DNA of 64,000 nucleotides from Vitrella brassicaformis CCMP3155 (GCA_001179505.1 CDMY01000887.1:124001-188000); one strand, 5' to 3'; positions 37,906-51,000 are shown, counted from the first letter of the stretch. The notes: a model not told the origin generated them from the letters alone. Program-made: numbers and translations.

Positions 37906-37958
37906 CCGAGAATCTCGGCGAGAATTCGAGAATTCGAATTCTCGCCGTCTCGAGACGG
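37906..37958. promoter_or_regulatory. Cluster of overlapping palindromes/inverted repeats followed by a T-tract
   Basis: CCGAGA-A-TCTCGG (37906-37918); GGCGAGAATTCG-6nt-CGAATTCTCGCC (37917-37946); perfect 14-mer CCGTCTCGAGACGG (37945-37958). Confidence 0.45.
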
Positions 37959-37999
37959 GTTTTTTTTCCACGCCAGCTCTCCTCATTTCTTACAAGCGC

Positions 38000-40842
38000 T
38001 GCTGCACGGCACTGTCCGGCCCTCTTCATCTCCGAGCCCCTGTAGGGGAACAGCACAGTTCCCCTCTGCCTTTGGTCTCGCCCTGTGCTGACCTCTGCCC
38101 ATCATGGTGGCTGATGGGAGCGGAATGTGGCACTCTGAGCGGCACATTGCGTATAGTGTTAGAACGTCCTCTCTTCTGCGGCTTGTGGCAGACCTTAGCG
38201 TACCAGCGGCCATGAGCCGGCCCAGGGAGAAGCGACCACCGCCGTAAGCCACACGTGCCACGAACATGGGCAGAGAGGCCGCACGGGGCACCCGGGAGAG
38301 ATCCAGCGCCCATCCTGTGCTACCGTCCGTGTGCGTGGTTGTTTTCTGCCATTCAGGAAAGCCTTTTGCTGCTGGTATGGTGGCGAAGTCGATGAAGACG
38401 AGGATGAGGAAGTGCCGTCCTTGCCGTGGCAGCAGGAGCGCCACGACCTGACCAAAACCATCTCCCACCGTGAGATCTACCGCACAGATCACACAACACA
38501 GTCGTGCCCTTGAACTGCTCCCTGTCTGGATGTCTGACAGAACACCAAGTGATAGCGATGATGTACCGCTCTCTCCGCAGTGTAAGTCGATTAGGAAAAC
38601 ACGCGGTGTGCAGACGTGTGTGTGTGTGTGTGTGTGAGCAGTACGGTGCCGAGATCGAGAAGTTGCGTGATGCGTTGGCCAAGTCAGCCGGGGACCACAG
38701 CACGGCGATGGCCCAGGTGGGGGCAATCAGTTGCCCTCTTCAAGCCGCCGCCTCAGCCGAAGGCCCCTCAAAACGGTCAGAGGCGCACGCAGCCAACCAA
38801 TGGAGTGATGGCGGGGGCCGGAGGACCTGCAGCCCCACCAGATTCAGCCAGTATTGCCCAACACCACATCGCACGGAAGAAGAAAGTGCAACACGTGAGA
38901 GAGATTATAGACAGAGACTCCCATCTGTACCAAAGCACATGACGGGATCCATCACGTCGCGTGTGTCTCTGTCTGTGTCTCTGTGCACTGCAGCAGAGGC
39001 TCGAGAATCGAGAGGCCACAGCTGGCCTGACGGCCTCAGCATCATCATCCACTGGTCTCGCTGCGGGCAGCTCCACTGGCAATACCGTAGCTTCAGAACC
39101 AGATCGCCATGTGGCGCGACAGTGTCGAGGCCATCAGCCGAGAAAAGGCGTCGGAAGTGGCACAAGTGAGTGAGTTGTCCTGGTTGGTCAGCGAGGCCAT
39201 CACACACACACACACACACACACACGCACATCTCTCCCTCCCTCTGTCTTTGTGTCTGTCGGTCTGTCTGTTTGTCGGTCTGTCAGGATCGACTTCGGCA
39301 GGCCGAGGCAAGCAACGGAGAGGTCAGAGAAACACCCCCCCCCCCCCCCCCCCCCCCNNNNNNNNNNNNNNNNNNNNNNNNNNNNNNNNNNNNNNNNNNN
39401 NNNNNNNNNNNNNNNNNNNNNNNNNNNNNNNNNNNNNNNNNNNNNNNNNNNNNNNNNNNNNNNNNNNNNNNNNNNNNNNNNNNNNNNNNNNNNNNNNNNN
39501 NNNNNNNNNNNNNNNNNNNNNNNNNNNNNNNNNNNNNNNNNNNNNNNNNNNNNNNNNNNNNNNNNNNNNNNNNNNNNNNNNNNNNNNNNNNNNNNNNNNN
39601 NNNNNNNNNNNNNNNNNNNNNNNNNNNNNNNNNNNNNNNNNNNNNNNNNNNNNNNNNCCCCCCCCCCCCCCCCCACACACAGACACGTACGCATGCAGCG
39701 CACCAAGCCATGTGTATGTGTGTGTGTGTGTGTGTGTATGTGTGTGTGTCTGAGCAGCACTCTGCTGAGGTGGAGAGACTGCGGGCCGAGTTGGACAAGT
39801 TGACGGAGGATCACGGGAGCGAAGTCGCCAAGGTGAGCTGGAATGGTGCTGGGAGGGAGTCGGTGAGGGAATTGGGGTGTGGGTGGGCCGGTGGGTGCAC
39901 TGCACTGCACTGATTGCTCTGGAGAGAGAGAGAGAGATGGATGGATGGATGGATGATGGATTGTGTGTGTCTGTGTGTGTGTTGGTTCAGCTCAAGTCGG
40001 GGTTCGAGCAGGTCCAGGGTGACAAGGACCGCGAGCTCGACAGACGCCAAAGAGACATCGACCAGGTGAGTGGATCATGAAACGAGCGAGGCGGGCACAC
40101 CCACAAACTAACAGACAGACAGACAGACATCCACACACACACACAAATCCCTCCCTCCCTCCCGTTTTTGTCTCTGTCTGCCTCGGTCAGGCTGAGGGCC
40201 TTTTGCAGACGACTTGCCAAAAGAGGACACTCTCAAAAATCGCTGCTTACATTTTATATGGAACGAGCCGTGTCTCTTACCATCTGTGTGTGTGTGTGTG
40301 TGTGTGGTTTGTGAGCAGTACTCGGCTGAGATTGGCCGCCCGCGCGACGAGATGACCAGGATGAGCGAGGAGTACAGGACGGAGTTGGGCCAGGTGAGTT
40401 GGAATGGTGCAGGGAGGGAGGGAGTCAGTGAGTGGATGGATGGATGGATGGGTGCACTGATTGTCGACGGCATTTCATGCCTGCGTCTGTGTGTGTGTTG
40501 GTTCAGGTGCAGTCGACGGTTGAGGACAAGGACCGGCAGCTGGAGCAACGCAAATCGGACATCGACCAAGTGAGTGGATCATGAGACGAGCGAGGCGGGC
40601 GCACACACCCATACACTCACAGACATACATCAACACACACACAAATCCCTCTGTCCCTCTGTCCCTCCCTCCCTCCCTCTCTCTCGCTGTGTCTGTCTGT
40701 CGGTCTGTGTGCGTGTCGGTGCAGGTTGAAGGTGTCTTGACGACAACCAGGGAGCAGCTTCGACAGGCCCATGAAGACAGACAACGCGTCAGTCAGGGAA
40801 ATGCCAACACACAGACACGCACGCACGCAGCACACCAAGCCA

Positions 40843-40876
<34 letters not shown>

Positions 40877-41110
40877 TGTGAGCAGTACGGGGCTGAGATC
40901 GAGAGATTGCGCAGTGCGTTGGCCAAGTCGTCCGAGGGGTACAGCAGCGCGATGAACAAGGTGAGTTGGAATTTTGCTGGGAGTCAGTGAGGGAGTCAGT
41001 GAGGGAATGGGCCGGTGGGTGCACTGCACTGATTGCTCTGGAGAGAGAGAGATGGATGGATGGGTGCACTGATTGTCAACGGCATTTCATGTCGGTGTGT
41101 GTGTGTGTGT
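38000..41110 (+). pseudogene. Coiled-coil repeat gene built from tandemly duplicated exon-intron modules, partly decayed
   Basis: Recurring exons EQYxAEIxxLRxxLxK (~38637, 39755, 40314, 40880), ...DKDRxLxxRxxDIDQ (~39990, 40507) and xEGxLxTT/LRQA (~39286, 40191, 40725), with homologous introns. The 40191 copy is truncated. Boundaries are approximate. Confidence 0.55.
39358..39657. other. Assembly gap (300 N) flanked by poly-C on both sides
   Basis: About C23 before and about C16 after the N run. Confidence 0.98.
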
Positions 41111-42713
41111 GTGCTTCAGAGGCGCCGTCCCCAGATACGCATCAGAGGCGGGAAAGAACCCTACCAACTCCACGCCGCACAGATGTCATGATGCTCCCCA
41201 CACCCCATGTCACAAGGCAAACGTCTCACGCCGGCAGACACCGGGCAACGATCGAGGTAATTGGACGTTCTGTACAGATTCGACCTGGCTTTGCGCCTTA
41301 TAGCCCGCCGCGCCACACGGAGGTCTCCATGCCCTCGAGACAGACACGCGGGCGCCGCAGACACAGATGGCTGCCCGTTCCTCGAGGCCAGCAATCCAGG
41401 TAAGCATTGGGCACACACACAGCTGGCGAAAGGTGAATTGTGTATGTTTGCATGGCAGACCCCGTTCGGGGAGATTCGACCTGAGTTGCGCTTTAGGGAG
41501 AACGGCGGGCGCAATATGCCGATAAGGGTAACTAAGACCAGAAGCACTCTCTGTCTGATAAACGTTTGTTGATTCGTTGGTTGTTCCTCTTATCAGGGCT
41601 GATAGTGATGGCACCATGGAGGCGTCCACTGGCCGAGAGGTGCCTGTGGCGTGCGGTTGGATTGAATTCCGTGGCGATTGCTCGGCGATTGCTCGGGGAC
41701 GGGCGTGAGTGTTGGAGCCGGTGTGACGCATCTGAGTGTGGGCGATGATGTGTACGGTGTGAGTGTGTAGTGTGCAGCTGTGATGACTGACTGTTTTCCT
41801 TTTCGGACATTCATGTGCGTAGGATGGAGGTGTCATGTGTACTGTGTGCTGACACGTGTGTGTTGGAGGACGATCCGATGCAACATCAGACCGAGCTGGG
41901 CGAGAACATGCCGATCCGGGTAATTGAGACCAGAAGGAATGTGTAATCGACCTTCGTTCATGTGTTGTTTCTTTTATCAACCAGGGACGTGCTGACTGAC
42001 TGACGGGAGGGGCGGCTGCTAGGCGGGGCGGCTGCGTATGCTGGCTGCTGTGGGTGCGCCTTTTTTTTCGGCTTGTGTGAGGTCGATGTGCTTGTGTGAC
42101 GTCGATGTGCTGTGAAATCAATTGCGCTGACGGCGGGTGCGTGTGATTTCGTGTGTGTATGACTGGGATTTCGGACCTACATGTATGAGCTGGGCGCTGG
42201 GAGAGAAAAGGGGGGAGATGCCTGACCGATCCGATGCATACACCACACTCTGATAATCGATTGGTGTGCGCCAGATACACAATGCGTGGGCTTCGCTTTC
42301 ATCTGTAGAATGGCTGCCCACGTTTCATATCTGAATGAGCCGTGTCTCTCTGGTGCGCGTGTCTGTGTTGATGCTGACGGTGTGTGTATCTGTGTATGCC
42401 CTGTGCAGCTGTGATGACTGACTGACGTGCTTTGCTTTGCTTTACGGACATAAATTGTCGGGAGGATGCAGAAGGTCCGATTATTCTAGGTACTAGTCAG
42501 GTGTCTGAACACAACAACCACTGCGAGCGTTAATGCCACCCATCCCCGACCGACCGAGCCCTTCTCTCTCAGCCAGCCCAACAATAAAAGAGAGAAAAGG
42601 CAACCTTTGCACACATATTCACAACGATAAACCCACCAATCCGTTTGTCCGTCAGCCTGTCCCTCCCCCATCCATCCACTCATCCCTCACTGTCTGTTTG
42701 TTGAATCATGCCA

Positions 42714-45700
42714 TCACATCATGCACGGCGCAAACCCAGCCGCCCCACACACGGCCCCGAACGGCGGGCAGCATGAGGCCTTCCCCGGCCTGGCCCGCCG
42801 GCACCGCCGCCCCCCACACCCCCGATGCCCACACTGCGCCGGGCAGCACGCAGCTGTGCCCGACTTGGCATCCTCAGCGAATATGCCGCCCAGGTACCTC
42901 ACGCACACCCCTTCTGGCTCATGTGGGATCGGCAGTGCCTGTGTCTGGTTGCTGGCTGTCGATGTGGACGTTGATGTGATGGCGATGGCGCTGTCTGGTA
43001 GTGCTGGCAGCTGCTGCGGCTGTTTGGGCTGTTTGCTTGGCGGTGGTGGGCGTGAGGCGGTCCAGTAGAGGGCCCACGACCGAGATAAACCGGTGTCTAG
43101 CGGCACGGACCTCAGCACCGTGTAGGCATCGGCCCTGCAGGCAGAATCACACACAACACACGCGTAAGCAACACACACAGAAACACACACACAATGATGG
43201 CCAGCTGTGGGGGGCGGGCGATGACACACTAAGACACTCAAGACTCACTTACTTGTTGAGTGTGGCGTAGTTGAGCATGAGTATGGACGTCCATGTGGTC
43301 CACTCGGCGGCCTTCAGGATGGGCAGGTCACTCAGCCGGTCGGTCCACTCGTGGTACACAAACTCTCTGGTGCGCATCAGAGGCAGCGCCGGCGTCACTG
43401 GCAGCATCTACAGGGACGAACGGCATCATTATCACACGTGTGTGTGTGGTGAGGTTCGCTTTCTCCCTGCCTGTCTGTCCGTCCGTCTGCCTCCCTCTGT
43501 GGTCGCTAACTCACCTGTATGCCGTGGATGTATTCGGTGTTGTCACCGAACCAAGTGGCGTAGTCGACCTTGTTCTCGAACAATATACCGGACACACGAT
43601 TCTTGACGAAGGCCGCTGGGTGGTTGCCGTTGTCGGGACTCATCAGGAAGTACTCGCGAATTGACGCACTGCACCCGTTCGTGGATGGATGGCACACACA
43701 TGGCTCTCTATATCTCTCTGTGTGTGTGTGAGTATATATGTGTGTGTCCTTCCTCCCTGCCTACCTGGCCATGTGGAGCATGGTGGTGCCCAGCGCTTCA
43801 AGGGCGCTGTCGCCCATGACCTTGCCCCACATGCACAGCCCGAAATGCCAATTCATCTCCTCCGACACACTCTCGGCATCCTTACCTACAACACACACAC
43901 ACACACGAATGACGTGCGGTGCGGGGGCAGGAAGGCTCACCATCGTTTGATGGGATGATGCCGCGAGACCACGAGTGTCCGTCCATCCACGAGAAGCTGC
44001 GGAAGGGGGGGAAGTGGGGGTCGTCGTCGGCGGAGGTCGACACGTCGCGGATGAGCGTCTCCACAAACGCCTGATGCACACAGGCAGACAGACAGACAGA
44101 CAGAAACAAACAGCCCCCACACCACATGAGGCCATTGATGGTCTCTTCCACTCCATTCGCTCACTTTGTTGGTCTTGTTGGCGGCCCACTGCGGCTGCAT
44201 GTACGCCAGGACAGCCGCGGACACCACAAAGTAGCCAACTGCGATGCGATCGATGGATGCGGTGCACACATACACACACGCACACACGCTAATGCAGCCA
44301 CACCCCTTCTGCAGACCACATGCTCACTCACAGTGGTAGTGGTGATCGTTGTAGAGAGCGTTGCCGAAGTCGGTCGATATCATGTCGTCCAAGTCACCAG
44401 ACAGCCCTCCAGAGCTCACCACGCCGCCCCAAGACTCGTCGTACCGCAGCGCAGGCGGCCCCTTCTCGCACTCGCCGTGGTTCACCACACACCCGAGCGC
44501 ACGCTCCAGCTTCCCGACACACCCACTGGTGACAGCGGCTGACTTGCCGAGCAGCTTGGTGGCAATGAGGCAGAGGTAGGCGAGTTTCTGGACCTGTTTG
44601 CCGGTCCAATAGTAGTCGGGGAGCATGGCGTGGAGCATGACGTCGTAGGCGGCGATGTCTTGCTCGACGATGGCCTTGATCTCTGCCTGATGCTCGGCGG
44701 TCATGTGCTCGTCGGGGGGGAGAAAGCCGATACTGGACGCTGGGACCTATGTGCCCACACACGCACGTTCACAGAGGGAGGAAGAATGGCGTCTGTTCTG
44801 TTCTCTCCCCCCCCAGTTGCTTACCCCCTTGACGCGCATCGTCCATTCATTGCCCACGACGGCCGTCATGCTGCCCTTAGTCGGCCCCTCTGTGACGTAC
44901 TTGGTCACACGGGCACCATCACTCGCGTCGACACCGCTCTTGACCTGGTGGGGGAAGGCCATGTGCAGCAGCTGGGGGCTCTTCCTCTCTGCGCCGCTCC
45001 CCGCCTCACGGCTGCCCGTCTTCCATCTAAAGCGGTAACCGTACATGTCTTCCTCTGTGTCGGGCGCGAAGACGTCCAGGTGTGCGCCGAGTGGCCACAC
45101 ACCGACGTGCTTGTCGAGAAGCCGCTCTCTCTGGGGGACGGTCAGCCGCTGGACGGTCGATGGCATCGGCTGCAGCTCGGGTGACGACGGCGTGTCGGCG
45201 AGCAGCGCCGCCCTCACTGTGCCGCTGAAGGACCTGCTCCCCTGGATGCTCTTGCTCTTGTCGTCGTAGACCAGCTGGAATGGGGTATTCGGTGCGGCAT
45301 CTTGTTTCTCCTCAATGAACCAGAGCTTCCACACCTGTTGGTTGTGCGTCAGCTGCACCAGGGCTGTTGTCACGTGCTCAGCCGACGCTGCATCCGCCGC
45401 CCTCACAGAGACGTCCACGTCAATGTCTTCAGGCCAGGTTGGCATGCCCTCAATCGCCACCAGCTGTCCGCTCTCGTCTCTCTGCGCCGCCCAGACGACG
45501 GGGAACAGCAGCATGAGGCGTGGGGTGACATCGCCGCCGCTGTATACAGCCGTGATGTAGGCCATCCCCTGGACGATCGGAAATGTCACCCCTCCCTCCT
45601 TGATCTTCGAGCGTCTCAGCTGCAGATGGGCGCCAAACATGTCGTAGTCAACGACCTCCTTTGTCTGCAGGCACGTTTGAACAACACACATAAGAGCTGC

Positions 45701-46672
45701 AGCTCGCGTGTTGTGCATTCAATGGCCTGGCCAGCTCGCTCACCGTGAGTGCCTCTGACACGGCGAAGGCGATTGACGGCTCGAAGGGCGTGTAGTAGAA
45801 CTGAATGCCATCAGGCGCGAGCCGGCCGGGGCCCAGGTGCTTGTACTGATGCGAAACCAACAGCTGCCAATCCACACAACAGAACACACACATCAGCTGA
45901 GTAGTGTGTAACCTCTCACTCGCCACCCGAGCGCAGACTCACCCGGTATCCGCCGCCCGTGGGATCATCCTTCTGGCATTTGACGACAAACGGCATTGCA
46001 TGCACAGGGCTGTCGCCATCGCCGATCACCAGCTGCGACCAGAACTTGTTGGTGTGGATAGGCCGGCCGCCTTTCACGCCCTCCCCCTCTGCCTCTGCCT
46101 CAGCCCGGCCCGAGAGCGTGTCGGCAGCACTGACGAACTGCGGGACGGGCACGGCTTGGTCCGGTGACCTGCGGAAGGGCTTGAACATGGACGCGTCCGG
46201 CGCACCAGTCGCCGCCCCTGTTGCTGGCTTGCCCAAAACGGCTCCCTTTTTGGCCGGTTTGGTCTTCTTATCCTTCTCTGTCTTCTCTTTCTTCTCACCA
46301 TCGCCGCTCTTCTCGTCTGCCGCTGCTGGCAGTAGGGTCAGTATCTCCTCTGCGTGTCCATCAGCCGAGGGTTGTGTGTCTGTCCTGGGGCGGGCAATGC
46401 GTGCATCGACGCGCACGCGAGGCCCCAGCAGCTCTCTTGCGTCGGGGGAAGCACCTGAAGCAATCAGATTCACCCATGCATCATCCCCGGAGGGGTTGTT
46501 TTGCCAAGTTGTGTTTGCGCACGTACGTGTGTCGCTTACTGATCTGGCCGACGCATACAACAGCCAGTAGGAGGCCGAGTGTGGTGGCCGCCTTGGAGAG
46601 GCCTGCCGCCCCATTCATGTACGCATCGACACGCTGTTCCCCGCCGCAACGGCTGGTCTTCTGATCGCCCAT
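42714..46672 (-). CDS. Glycoside hydrolase family 81 endo-beta-1,3-glucanase with an N-terminal membrane anchor and a C-terminal Cys-rich module
   Basis: Motifs PIHTNKFW, FPIVQGMAYITAVY, YYWTGKQVQKLA, LRYDESWGGVVS, DFGNALYNDHHYH, GHSWSRG, DAESVSEE and FENKVDYATWFG...IHGIQ. The first exon (ATG 46672) carries the hydrophobic TTLGLLLAVVCVG. Confidence 0.92.
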
Positions 46673-48071
46673 CTTCGCCGCGTTGCTTGGGGCGAATGAG
46701 CACGAGCGGGAAGGTCCGCACCGCAGCAGAATGGATCGGCATCCTTCCCTTCCCTCCCTTCCCGTCGCTCGCGTACTCGCAACACCCAGCTGCACCCAGA
46801 GGTGAGATGCTTTCGACGACGTTCTCTGTCTGTGCGTATATTCTGTGCTGCTGGCTTTCAGACGTGCTTTCAGTACTTGAAGCTTCTCGTCATCGTCGCC
46901 GCTTTGGCCGCCAGGCACAGATCTTGTGCGAATGGGGCGAGAAAGAGAAGAAGCAAGTGGTCACCATGATGATGGCTGCTGGGCCTAGTAAAGATGTGCC
47001 CTTGCCGATGCGGATCTGACTCGTTCGGAGCGGAAAAATCATGATCATCCATGAGGTGAGTGCGAGGCGGGGGGGGGAGGGGGGTGGCTGGCAGTGCCAT
47101 GCAGGCTGCGGCGTGGCGATATCATGATGACCCAATCAATGAACTGTATTAGCTTCAGACGGCTCATGCCGCTGGTTACAATATCAATTATCCCTGGCTG
47201 ATCATGCCATGCACTCGACACTGACTGTTCCTTCGTGCGTGATGAATGCACACATGCAGTACTTAACTTACTGTTCGCTGTCTGTCTGTCTGTCTCTGTC
47301 TGTTTGCAGGTTTGTGTTGTCTGAGGAAGGGAAGAGGCTGGACAAACACAGCCGCGGCTGATTGGCGTGACTGACTGGACACATGTGCGTGGCCGATTGA
47401 TAGAGTCTTCTGGTCTGCCATCTCGAGAGTTCCTGCGTGCGTGTTGATATGAAGGCGAGTGCCAGTGTTGATAATGAGCGAGAGATGCAGACAAGTCGCG
47501 CAGGTGAGCGATGGGATTGCGGTGTGTGTATGCTGCTGCGTGGCCAGAGAGAGAGAGGGAGAGACAGACAGACAAACAAAGAGACAGACAAACCGGCCCT
47601 TTACGTCATTGCGCCCACGCTGCAGAACACACACACACACGCACAGTTGAGATGAATGTCTCACAGTCTACCCAGGGATGACCCTCACCTGCTGACTCGC
47701 CCACTCACTCACTCATCTCATGCCACACGCGCCAATCGTCTAGCTCTCCATCCATTTGTAATTGCATACAGTACACATGCCCATCGACGTGTGTGCAGTC
47801 ACGTCACACAGACCGACACAAGAAATGTATGACGTACGCAGAGAGACACTCCAAGGAAGTAAACGGGACAGAGAGAGGGAGTCAGCTGGAGAGACAGAAA
47901 TGGGCAAAGCAACGATTCGCATGAGACAAGAAACGAGAAAATCAAAATCAACGCCGCACAGAGGCAACTCCCACAAAGGGACAAGGGAAAGTAAACCGAT
48001 TCGCTTGAGAAAAGAAACGGGAAACGCAAGACGCTGTGTCTTCGCGGCGCGTGTCTCTCTTCCATCGTGGA

Positions 48072-51000
48072 TCAGCAAGGTAATGACTCATTGCTACTGC
48101 TCGAGACAGAGATGCCCTCTGGCGCATCGTCGCCTTCAGCCGCAGCTGCAGGGATAGAACACGGCCGCTCCGACCAGTGAGTCGGGCCGCTCATATCGCG
48201 ACTCGGTGATGGGGAAGGTTGGGCCGGCGGCCACAGGACCGGCGAGCACTTCCGTTCCAGCCATGTGCTGTCCCTGACATAGGCGTGCCCGTGCTCAGCA
48301 CTGTCATGTCTTTGTGGCTGCGCCTTCCGGTGTTCGTCCCGGCTGCCAGTCTTGGCGGAATCAACATTCAGATGATAGAAGTCGCTGATGGTGCTGCAAG
48401 AAGCAAAGCTGCCTCGTCTGATCCGTCCTGGTGTCCCCTGCTCTCCGCCGCTCGGTGCATGTTTGTAGGGCACCCGGCCGCCTGCTTCGAGCGGGCCAGC
48501 TTCCCCTCTGCCGTCTGCTCTCTTCCACGGCAGCACTCCGGCGGCGAGGGCTTCAGAGGCGGAAGAGTCCATTCCCTCGTCGGATCGAGGGGACGTTGGT
48601 CCGTCATTTGCGGCACCGTGACTGTCCTCGTCTCGCCCATCGTCCCCGCCACCATGCCCGTGTGTGAAGCTGCGACTGCGAAGCGCGCGGATGCGCGCGA
48701 GGTTTTCACTGCCGCCGGCGCGATCGGGGGGGTTAAGGGTGGGAATTGTGTGGTGTATGTGGCCCTGGCCGGCGTGGTGCAGCAGGTGGTCGTACACGTG
48801 GTCGAACTCGGCCAGAGAAATGCGCCGGGAGAGCCTACGGCGGGTAGTGGTCGGCCGGCTCTCGACGCCAGAAATACTCGGCCTGAAACATCCATGATAG
48901 AGACATCATCATCGCGGTCTGTTGGTCGATAGGCGCCTTGTGTACCGCCGCGTTTCGAACATGTCGATGAAAGGCAGCACCTCCACCTGGACACATACAC
49001 AAGGGCTGGTGTTTGCAGGAAATAAGGGAAACCACACACACAAGGGCACATCGCAGACTCAGCACCGGACCTGGACAATTGCCAATGCCTCGGCAATGCT
49101 TTTCAGGTCGCATCTATGCAGCCGATTCATGGCGGCTCTCAAGTACTCCACTCTTGGATCCCGGTCTGAGCACGGGAAAAGGGGCTCTTCCACATGACTT
49201 GAAATCATGCTCGAGTCAGGGGGGGGCTGCAGACTGCGCACACTGAAAGCGCTTCTGAGTGCGCCGCCGGCTCCATCCTGCTGTCCGCTGTACTCTCTGA
49301 GCGAGGGGAGGCGCTGCGGCTGTCGATGGCTGCCTTTCAGGAACCCAACCACCGCGCATGAGACAGTTGTCATATCTTCCAGAACGCGTTTTACGAAGCT
49401 TTCTCGCTTTAAATTCAGCGGGCCACTTTTCCAGTTCCAAAGAAGGGAATACCAAAGTGCCGCGAACGTGCCGGCAATACCGAAGACCTGGAGGCATCAC
49501 AATGAACCTGCACCAAGAAGCACGGACGGCTTCCAGTGTCTGTGCTGATGGTTACGGCGATGGTCCACGTGACGTTCTGGAAGAATGGGAGCGAGCTCTG
49601 CTTATGCTCAGCCGAGTACGCACCAACCCTGATCATCAGTGGATGAACCATCGATTGGCTGGCGATAGATTGTTGCGTTGTGGTAAGCTCACATCAGCAA
49701 AATCAGGAGCAGAATATAAAACAGCGTCTCAAGGTAGTTACCTGGTGCAAAAAAACGACAAAAAAGGACACGCATGACCAGCCGACCCCGTCTGTCGCTT
49801 ACTTGCTGGTGTCCTCCACGGCCAAACCAGCAAATGGGCGACAAGGGAAAATATGATGATCAGAGAAGAGATGAAGCACTCCAGGGATCCATCGTGCCAC
49901 AGAAATAAGGGCACTGCTGCAAGCAGCGTGTTGCGCAACAGATGCACGAGCATCCACCAGTTTTTGTCCTGCAGCCGCGGTTTCACAATTAGAAATCCAT
50001 TGCTTTGTCCCCCATATAGTCGTGGGCTCACCGCTCTGCAGGACTCGAACATGTACCGAAATCTCACCCTGAAGGCGGCACTATGGTGCCAGATCTGAGG
50101 AGCTAGGTATAGGATTACACTGTAGAAGACCAGCACTCCCACGACATACACAAGACCCCCGACCACGCCCAGTGGGAAGAGCTGCGTCCACCACACTCCT
50201 TCATAACATAACGCCTGATGACATGACCGAACTCTCCTGAATACCCATATTTGCATCCGTTGTCTGGCGTGGAGGTGAGCGCATACGTGCGGCATGTGGA
50301 TCATGGAAAAGCGCCCATTTGGGTGTTTAAAACACTGAAAGATGATCGTGCAGGACACGACCAGAGGTATGTACATCGTGTACACCTGAATGACAAAACA
50401 AAGACGTGAATGCAAGGGCCGCGGGGCTCACGTCTCCCATAAGTCGGACCATCATCACGATGGACTGTGTAAGGGACAAGACAGTAAGCAATCACACTGA
50501 AGTGCATGGATACGTCACTTGCTGCGCGGGTGCCTCGTTACATTGCAGAGGCGATTGCCGTTCATCGGTGACCACTCCACACAGGCGTAGCACAGATTCA
50601 TCGTTGCACTTCCCAGCCGAGCTGGCTGCGCCTTCGCCCAGCGGGCTAAGTCTTTGCAGCTCTCGCATTTCCACAGACCTGAAAAGCCGACAAGGGAAGG
50701 CATTTGTCAAATCGGAATCGCACTGTAAGAGACGCGTATACATTTTTTGCTGGTGCTCCCAGCTGATTGCAGCCTGGAGGGCCGCTCGTCACCACCGTAG
50801 CTGATCGTGAATGCCGGGGCACTTAGCACCGGACGTAGCTCGGTGGTTTGAGTCGGACCAGGGTATCTCACAAATATCGATGCGTCTGACTCCTGCCACT
50901 TCTGACTTTCGCTGCGAGAGGGCCTGGCACCTAAGAGCAGCCTCTTGAAGGCATAGGGGATGAGCGACAGTGCCCACATGAGGATGAAAATAGAGCATAT

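Noticed and set aside
38000-38330. Possible BTB/POZ remnant (…GRDPAPILCY) ahead of the coiled-coil exons
   Set aside because: The similarity is too short and broken by stops to support a call.
39700-41100. Periodic repeats as a CRISPR array or mobile element
   Set aside because: The units are degenerate exon-intron duplications with splice signals in a eukaryotic gene; there are no constant repeats with unique spacers, cas genes or transposase.
41210-42280. 356-aa minus-strand ORF
   Set aside because: It is His/Thr/Pro-rich translation of (CA)n-type sequence with no domain or convincing exon structure.
48368-49096. This frame as the C-terminus of the receptor gene
   Set aside because: A phase-2 intron at ~48945-48880 leads instead into the 48072-48797 frame, which has more protein-like composition.
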